From the NCBI GenBank assembly GCA_965262915.1, contig OZ253564.1, positions 3,840,001 through 3,904,000 on the forward strand: 64,000 nt of DNA. The letters run 5' to 3'. A model generated the notes under the pieces. It made no database searches. It saw only the letters and a list, made by a program, of their open reading frames with translations, and was not told the DNA's origin. The stretch comes from Candidatus Spongiisociaceae bacterium. Its GTDB lineage: Bacteria; Actinomycetota; Acidimicrobiia; Spongiisociales; Spongiisociaceae. A program made the translations under genes and the position numbers. Of this stretch, positions 58,827-64,000 are shown in pieces. Position 1 is the first letter of the stretch. Each line of letters starts with the position of its first letter.

Positions 58827-59275
58827 GGAAGACGGTCGGGTGAGCGGCATGGGCCGGTCCCATGGCATCGACCTGTTGCCGGGGACCGCAGCCCGGAGAT
58901 GGCCCGCGCCACAGAGACGGAAGCCACCGACGTCACGAGGGATACGTCAGGTAGCGAACAACAGGATCCGACGGCGTATGGCATCGTGGGCATCCTATCC
59001 GACGACCGCTCACGGATCGGAGAGGTGGCGGGTGTCGTGCGGCGAGTTGGGGTCTTAGGTTCGAGAACCACCCGAGCGGATCGTATGCGGAGGTCGCGCC
59101 GGGACTCTATATAGACCGGTCCGATCCACACATCTCCCTACAACCGTCTAACCCTTCCGGGGGCGCTGACTCCCGGAACGACCCATCGTCGTCCGGCGCC
59201 AAACCGGCGACCACCCCACTGTGATAGGTTGTGATCGGCAGACGACGCACCTTTTCAGACAGTGAGAGAGACCGG

Positions 59276-60157
59276 GTGTACCCTCCGATTTTCAAGCACC
59301 TGCCCGCGCGGTCCGTCGAAGAAGCCGTGAGAGCACTGGCCCGGTATGGCTACGAAGCCAAAGTTCTAGCGGGCGGCCAGAGCCTGATTCCGATGATGAA
59401 GCTCCGGCTGGCGTCACCGTCGGTTCTGGTCGACATCTCCCGCCTGGAGTCCCTCTCCACGATCGACGAAACAGGGAACGATCTTCGTATCGGGGCCATG
59501 GTGAACGAGTCGGATCTGGAACGCTCCCCCGCGGTGGCGCGCTGGGCGGCCGGTTTGGTCGACACGAGCCGGGTCATCGCCGATCCCTTGGTCCGGAACC
59601 TGGCGACCGTGGGTGGGAACGTAGCGCATGGCGATCCGGCCAATGACCATCCTGCCACCATGGTTGCCGTACAAGCGTCGTTCGTCCTGGTCGGCCCCGG
59701 CGGAACTCGGACCGTCCCGGCGGAGGATTTCTTCATCGACCTGTTCACCACATCTCTGGAACCGGACGAGCTCCTGACCGAGATCCGAGTACCCAAACAA
59801 CAGGCCGGAGCGGCCAGCGCCTACGTGAAGTACGAGCGACAAGTAGGCGACTACGCCATAGCCGGGGCTGCCATCTGTCTCAGTTCGAGGGACGGATCGT
59901 CGATCGACGATGCGCGGATCGTCCTCACCAACCTGGGACCGACGCCGGTTCGGGCCGTCGAGGCGGAGGCCCACCTCCGAGGACAGGTTGGATCCCGGCA
60001 GCTATTCACCGAGGGGGCGGATGCGGCTGCTACGGCGGCGGAACCGTGGTCGGACATGCGGGGATCAGCCGAATACCGGCGGCGCGTGGCAGCAATGGTG
60101 ACCCGCCAGGCTCTCGCCAAAGCCTGGAACAGAGCCAGGAGCGATCGCGGTGAGTGA
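59276..60157 (+). CDS. FAD-binding medium subunit (CoxM-like) 2
   Basis: GTG YPPIF; LAGGQSLIPMMKLR, VRNLATVGGN.AHGDPAND. Confidence 0.92.
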   Translation: MYPPIFKHLPARSVEEAVRALARYGYEAKVLAGGQSLIPMMKLRLASPSVLVDISRLESLSTIDETGNDLRIGAMVNESDLERSPAVARWAAGLVDTSRVIADPLVRNLATVGGNVAHGDPANDHPATMVAVQASFVLVGPGGTRTVPAEDFFIDLFTTSLEPDELLTEIRVPKQQAGAASAYVKYERQVGDYAIAGAAICLSSRDGSSIDDARIVLTNLGPTPVRAVEAEAHLRGQVGSRQLFTEGADAAATAAEPWSDMRGSAEYRRRVAAMVTRQALAKAWNRARSDRGE

Positions 60158-60662
60158 GATGGTGAGCGACGGGGTCGGCCAGCACATCTCGATGATCGTC
60201 AACGGCGAGTCGCTGGAAGCCGCTGCTGAGACCCGCATGCTCCTCGCCCATTTCCTCCGCGAGGAAGCGAACCTGGCCGGAGTACGGATCGGATGCGACA
60301 CGACCAGCTGCGGAGCGTGCGCCGTGCTGCTCGACGGGCGGGCTATCAAGTCCTGCACCCTCTTCGCGGTGCAGGCTGCCGGCCGGACCGTCACGACCGT
60401 AGAAGGTCTCGGCAACGGGGAAGACCTTCATCCCGTGCAAGCGGCGTTCCGCCAGTGCCACGCCCTCCAGTGCGGTTTCTGCACCTCGGGTTTCGTCATG
60501 GCCGCCCTCGAGTTGCTGAGAAACGTTCCGGACCCGACGGAGATGGAAGTTCGAGAAGGTATCTCGGGCAACCTCTGCCGGTGTACGGGCTACGCCAACA
60601 TCGTGACTGCCATCCTCACAGCGGCTGAGGTCATGCAGCAGGGGGGGACGGACCAGGCTTGA
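60150..60662 (+). CDS. 2Fe-2S small subunit (CoxS-like) 2
   Basis: GCDTTSCGAC, QCGFCT.G, GNLCRCTGY. Confidence 0.93.
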   Translation: MSEMVSDGVGQHISMIVNGESLEAAAETRMLLAHFLREEANLAGVRIGCDTTSCGACAVLLDGRAIKSCTLFAVQAAGRTVTTVEGLGNGEDLHPVQAAFRQCHALQCGFCTSGFVMAALELLRNVPDPTEMEVREGISGNLCRCTGYANIVTAILTAAEVMQQGGTDQA

Positions 60663-62968
60663 AGCTCACAGGCACGTCGGTTCGAAGGGTCGAAGACCGA
60701 GCCATCCTGACGGGACGCACCAGGTATCTCGATGATATTCGGATTCCCGGAGCGCTCCACTGTTCGATCGTCCGCAGCCACTTAGCCCGCGCCGATCTGA
60801 CGTCGATAGATGTCTCGGCCGCGGAAGCGACCCCCGGCGTCGTAGCGGTGTTCACCGCCACCGACCTGGGTCCTGCCAACGGTCCGATCCTCCAGGCAAC
60901 CTGGTTCCCTCCCCCCGAGGGGTTGCAGCGACACATCGAGGTGATGTCCCGACCCGAGTACACGCACCTGCTGGCGCCGGGACGCGTGCGCTACGTCGGG
61001 GAACCGGTGGCGGTGGTTATCGCCACCGGTCCGTACGCGGCTGCGGACGGGGCCCGTGGCGTATATGTTGACTATGAGCCTCGAGAGCCGGTCACCGATG
61101 TCCAACAATCTCAGGCCCTGGTAGGCGGGCCGCTCAACGACGGCTGGCCCGACAACATCGCAGCCAGCTTCGTAGTCCGGAAGGGAGACGTGGATCTTGC
61201 GTTCTCCCGGGCCGATCATGTGGTCAGCGGAACCTTCCGGACCGGCCGCCAGACCGGCACACCGATCGAACCGAGGGGCGTGCTCGCCGACCCGACCGAA
61301 CCTGTATTCACGGTCTGGTCGTCCAACCAGGCACCGCACTGGCTCCGCGATGCTCTGGCGGACTACTTCGGGCTCGACGCGAGCGAGATACGGGTCGTGG
61401 CGCCCGACGTGGGGGGTGGTTTCGGCATAAAGTCGATGGTTTATCCCGAAGAGTTGCTGGTCCCGGAACTGGCCCGGCGGTTAGGATCACCGGTCAAGTG
61501 GGTGGAGACCCGCACGGAGAACTTCCTGGCGGCCGTTCACGCAAGGGATCAGTGCCACCACATGGAACTCGCCCTGACGAGCGACGGTGAGTTCCTCGCT
61601 CTACGCGACCGGTACACCACCGACGCCGGAGCCGCGAACCTCGAAAGCCTCGTGGTGCCATACAACACCGCTGCGCACCTGCAGGGAAGCTACCGTATCC
61701 CCGCGGCGCTGATCGTTTCGGAGTCGTATCTCACCAACAAGTCACCCCTCTCGGCCTATCGGGGCGCGGGCCGGCCCGAAGCAGTCTTCGCGATGGAGCG
61801 GATCATCGACACCGCCGCTCGGGAACTAGGAATCGACACAGCGATCATCAGGCAGAGGAACCTGATCACTGCGGACGAGATGCCTTACAGCGCGGGCATC
61901 AGATACAGGGACGGGACCCCCCTCAGCCTGGACGGGGGCGACTACCGAGCCGTGTTCGATGCGGCTCTCCGGCACGCCGACATCGCCGGATGGCGTCGGG
62001 AACAGACCCGGGCCAGAGCTCGAGGCCGCCTCCTGGGCATCGGATTCGCCAACTACATCGAGGGTACGGGGATCGGACCGACCGAAACGGCCACGGCGAC
62101 CTTGGAGCACGACGGACAGGTTTCGGTTCTGGTTGCCATCCCCTCACAGGGACAAGGCCACGCCACGATCCTCGGCCAAGTGGCCGCCGATGCGTTGGGT
62201 GTGCCACTCGGTAGCGTGCATGTCCAGCAGGGGGACACAGCCCTGATGCAGTCCGGCGCCGGAACGATCGCCAGCCGCACTGCGGTGGTGGTAGGAAACG
62301 CGGTCGCCGCAGCGGGTACCGAACTCCGAGCCCAGGTGTTGGCTCGCGCCTCGGAACTACTCGAGGTAGACCCCGAAGACCTGACCATCGAAGAAGGACG
62401 GGTGTCGGTAATCGGAGCCCCCGGTCTCTCGATGTCGCTGGCCGAATGTGCTGACCCGCGGGTTGGCCCCGCTCTCACAGCTACAGCCGGATTCGATCCT
62501 GGGCGGGCGACTTTCGGCTACGGAACCCACATAGCCGTGGCCGAAGTGCATCCGGTTACCGGACACGTATCCGTCTTGTGCTACGTCGTCGTCCATGACT
62601 GCGGAAAGCTCATCAATCCGCTCATAGTTGATGGTCAAGTGGTGGGGGGAGTCGCGCAAGGAATAGGGGCGGCCCTGTCCGAGGAACTCGTCTACGACGA
62701 GGCCGGGCAGTTGATCACTGCCAGTTTCCTGGACTATCAGATACCGCGTGCCACCGACATTCCGAGTCCGGAGACTCACCACGTGGAAACGCCTTCGGAA
62801 CTCAACCCTCTCGGTATACGCGGCGTGGGAGAGGCCGGAACGATCGGGCCTCCCGCTGCGCTGGCCGGCGCGATCGAGGATGCGATCGGGAGAACCGATG
62901 TCGTCATCGACCGCTGCCCGATGCCACCCTCATACATCGCCGGACTTATCGACCCCGGCGTCGCGTAA
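60659..62968 (+). CDS. Xanthine dehydrogenase family large subunit (L4), form II CoxL-like
   Basis: RVEDRAILTG, DVGGGFGIK, AYRGAGRPEA, QGQGHAT, RGVGEAG. Confidence 0.92.
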   Translation: MKLTGTSVRRVEDRAILTGRTRYLDDIRIPGALHCSIVRSHLARADLTSIDVSAAEATPGVVAVFTATDLGPANGPILQATWFPPPEGLQRHIEVMSRPEYTHLLAPGRVRYVGEPVAVVIATGPYAAADGARGVYVDYEPREPVTDVQQSQALVGGPLNDGWPDNIAASFVVRKGDVDLAFSRADHVVSGTFRTGRQTGTPIEPRGVLADPTEPVFTVWSSNQAPHWLRDALADYFGLDASEIRVVAPDVGGGFGIKSMVYPEELLVPELARRLGSPVKWVETRTENFLAAVHARDQCHHMELALTSDGEFLALRDRYTTDAGAANLESLVVPYNTAAHLQGSYRIPAALIVSESYLTNKSPLSAYRGAGRPEAVFAMERIIDTAARELGIDTAIIRQRNLITADEMPYSAGIRYRDGTPLSLDGGDYRAVFDAALRHADIAGWRREQTRARARGRLLGIGFANYIEGTGIGPTETATATLEHDGQVSVLVAIPSQGQGHATILGQVAADALGVPLGSVHVQQGDTALMQSGAGTIASRTAVVVGNAVAAAGTELRAQVLARASELLEVDPEDLTIEEGRVSVIGAPGLSMSLAECADPRVGPALTATAGFDPGRATFGYGTHIAVAEVHPVTGHVSVLCYVVVHDCGKLINPLIVDGQVVGGVAQGIGAALSEELVYDEAGQLITASFLDYQIPRATDIPSPETHHVETPSELNPLGIRGVGEAGTIGPPAALAGAIEDAIGRTDVVIDRCPMPPSYIAGLIDPGVA

Positions 62969-63046
62969 AACGGCTACCAGTCACAAGTTGTCCGTCGCCG
63001 GCCTCCGGTCAGCGAAGACGCCGACCCGTACTCCGGACACTATCGG

Positions 63047-63307
63047 TCAACGACCTATCGTGTCGTATACCTCCCGCCGGTGTCCGATCAGTTCGATGTC
63101 GCCGGTGCTGATGTTGAAGATGATCCGGTAGGCCCCGCATCGCAGCGACCACAAGGCTGGGTTGGTACCGCTGAGTTTCTTGATCCGTACGCCGGTCGGA
63201 TCGGCATTGTATCGGTCGATACATCCTATTATCTGGTCACTTACATTCTCCGGCAGGCCTTTCAGGCTGCGGCGGGCGCGCCGGGTGTGTGATAGGCGTT
63301 GTGGCAC
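63047..63307 (-). CDS. RelE/ParE-family toxin
   Basis: ARRSLKGL...IKKLSG...WSLRCGAYRIIF...IGHRREVY. Confidence 0.8.
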   Translation of the reverse strand: MPQRLSHTRRARRSLKGLPENVSDQIIGCIDRYNADPTGVRIKKLSGTNPALWSLRCGAYRIIFNISTGDIELIGHRREVYDTIGR

Positions 63308-63526
63308 CGATCAGTCAGTCGTCGCCTAAGCCTGGATCCACCGATGGGGTTTGGTTGTTGGGGGAGTAGGACCACCCGATCACTTCCGGACGGTCCGGTG
63401 CTTCGGCGACACCCCTGATCGGGACCGGTTGGCTTCCCACGGTCAGTAGCGTATTCACCCAGGTCAACGTCAACATACCCGCGCATGTACGAGGCGATGG
63501 CATTCGGGGAGCTACACTGCATGGCT

Positions 63527-63685
63527 ATGCCAACCAAGAAAGGCTCGGGAAACCGACCGCCGCCCTCTAAGAAGAACCCACGGGGCAGACGTATCCGTCT
63601 GGGTGACCAGGGTCAACAGCGGCCACCGAACGCACCGGCAGCGTCGACAAGCTCTTCGCTTCCAAAGCCGCCACCCAAGGGCTGA
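63527..63685 (+). CDS. Small Pro/Lys-rich peptide (52 aa)
   Basis: TACACT -10-like box 8 nt before the ATG; MPTKK...PKPPPKG; lies directly before the DUF6338-like gene. Confidence 0.35.
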   Translation: MPTKKGSGNRPPPSKKNPRGRRIRLGDQGQQRPPNAPAASTSSSLPKPPPKG

Positions 63686-63719
63686 CTCGTCCCCCGCTGA
63701 CCTCTGAGGAAACGGGACC

Positions 63720-64000
63720 ATGCCGACGACTATCAGTAGCCTGTTCGTTTTCGTCGCGATCCTGACCCCGGGGTTCGTCTACCTGACACGAACCGAGACG
63801 AGGCTCCCTGGCCGTCGGTACAGTGCGCTCCGCGAGACTGCTTCGATCGTGTCGGTCAGCGTTGCCACCAACGCTGTCGTCCTCGTGGGCTTCTGGATCG
63901 TCCGATCCGTGCTGTCGAGTATCACCCCGGACGTGGGGGCGCTTCTACGCGATCCACAGACTTACCTCGCGAACCACCCCGCGCAGGTGACGATGTGGTT
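63720..64000 (+). CDS. DUF6338-like membrane protein, N-terminal part (runs off the window edge)
   Basis: MPTTISSLFVFVAILTPGFVY...RETASIVSVS; GAGG RBS. Confidence 0.6.
   Translation, partial: MPTTISSLFVFVAILTPGFVYLTRTETRLPGRRYSALRETASIVSVSVATNAVVLVGFWIVRSVLSSITPDVGALLRDPQTYLANHPAQVTMW

Noticed and set aside
58870-59275. Moco riboswitch in the divergent region between Mo-enzyme operons
   Set aside because: Only an isolated ACCTAAG-like word; I could not build the conserved structure. The TCTATATAGA palindrome at 59106-59115 may be an operator but is too short to call.
59276-62968. Bona fide (form I) aerobic CO dehydrogenase
   Set aside because: The large subunit has AYRGAGR, not AYxCSFR, and no coxDEFG accessory genes are present.
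170-62968. Numerous long antisense or alternate-frame ORFs (e.g. 170..991, 1653..2840, 35714..37234, 54190..55713)
   Set aside because: Shadow ORFs expected in high-GC DNA opposite well-supported genes.
1-64000. tRNA or rRNA genes
   Set aside because: None recognised by eye; tRNAscan-SE or Infernal would be needed to exclude small RNAs.

Overview
High-GC bacterial window. Leaderless TAnnnT-ATG promoters and a DUF222-type HNH fragment suggest Actinomycetota, but that is inference. It has two halves. (1) About 1-26.7 kb is a mosaic, defence-rich hotspot with no integrase. It holds nine copies (3 intact, 2 with a dead toxin, 4 relics) of one PIN-toxin/antitoxin unit, most with their own leaderless sigma70-type promoter. 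These are interleaved with a RusA-like + REase/HEPN operon (IS-interrupted), an Abi-like HEPN gene between two M48-peptidase fragments, an MNT-HEPN pair, a PHP-ATPase (Ppl/TrlF-like) + AlbA_2 operon, a duplicated tartrate/isopropylmalate dehydrogenase whose second copy ends in an antitoxin tail, and two near-identical IS5-family copies. (2) About 26.7-63 kb is a large catabolic region: esterase, aminotransferase, hydantoinase A/B, nitrilase, a peptide-type ABC transporter, two EamA transporters, four xanthine-dehydrogenase-family Mo large subunits with only two FAD/2Fe-2S sets, and two UbiD decarboxylases. The UbiD genes surround a type-2 IPP isomerase + split-barrel flavoprotein pair, and no UbiX is present in the window. 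Several families of short TA/CTAG-ended inverted-repeat elements (MITE-like) punctuate the intergenic space. The window ends with an orphan RelE and a DUF6338-like gene. Best candidates for something new: the repeatedly re-used TA unit at module junctions, the UbiD/IDI-2/flavoprotein cofactor module, and the RusA + REase-HEPN operon. All family calls come from motif recognition by eye; no searches were run.
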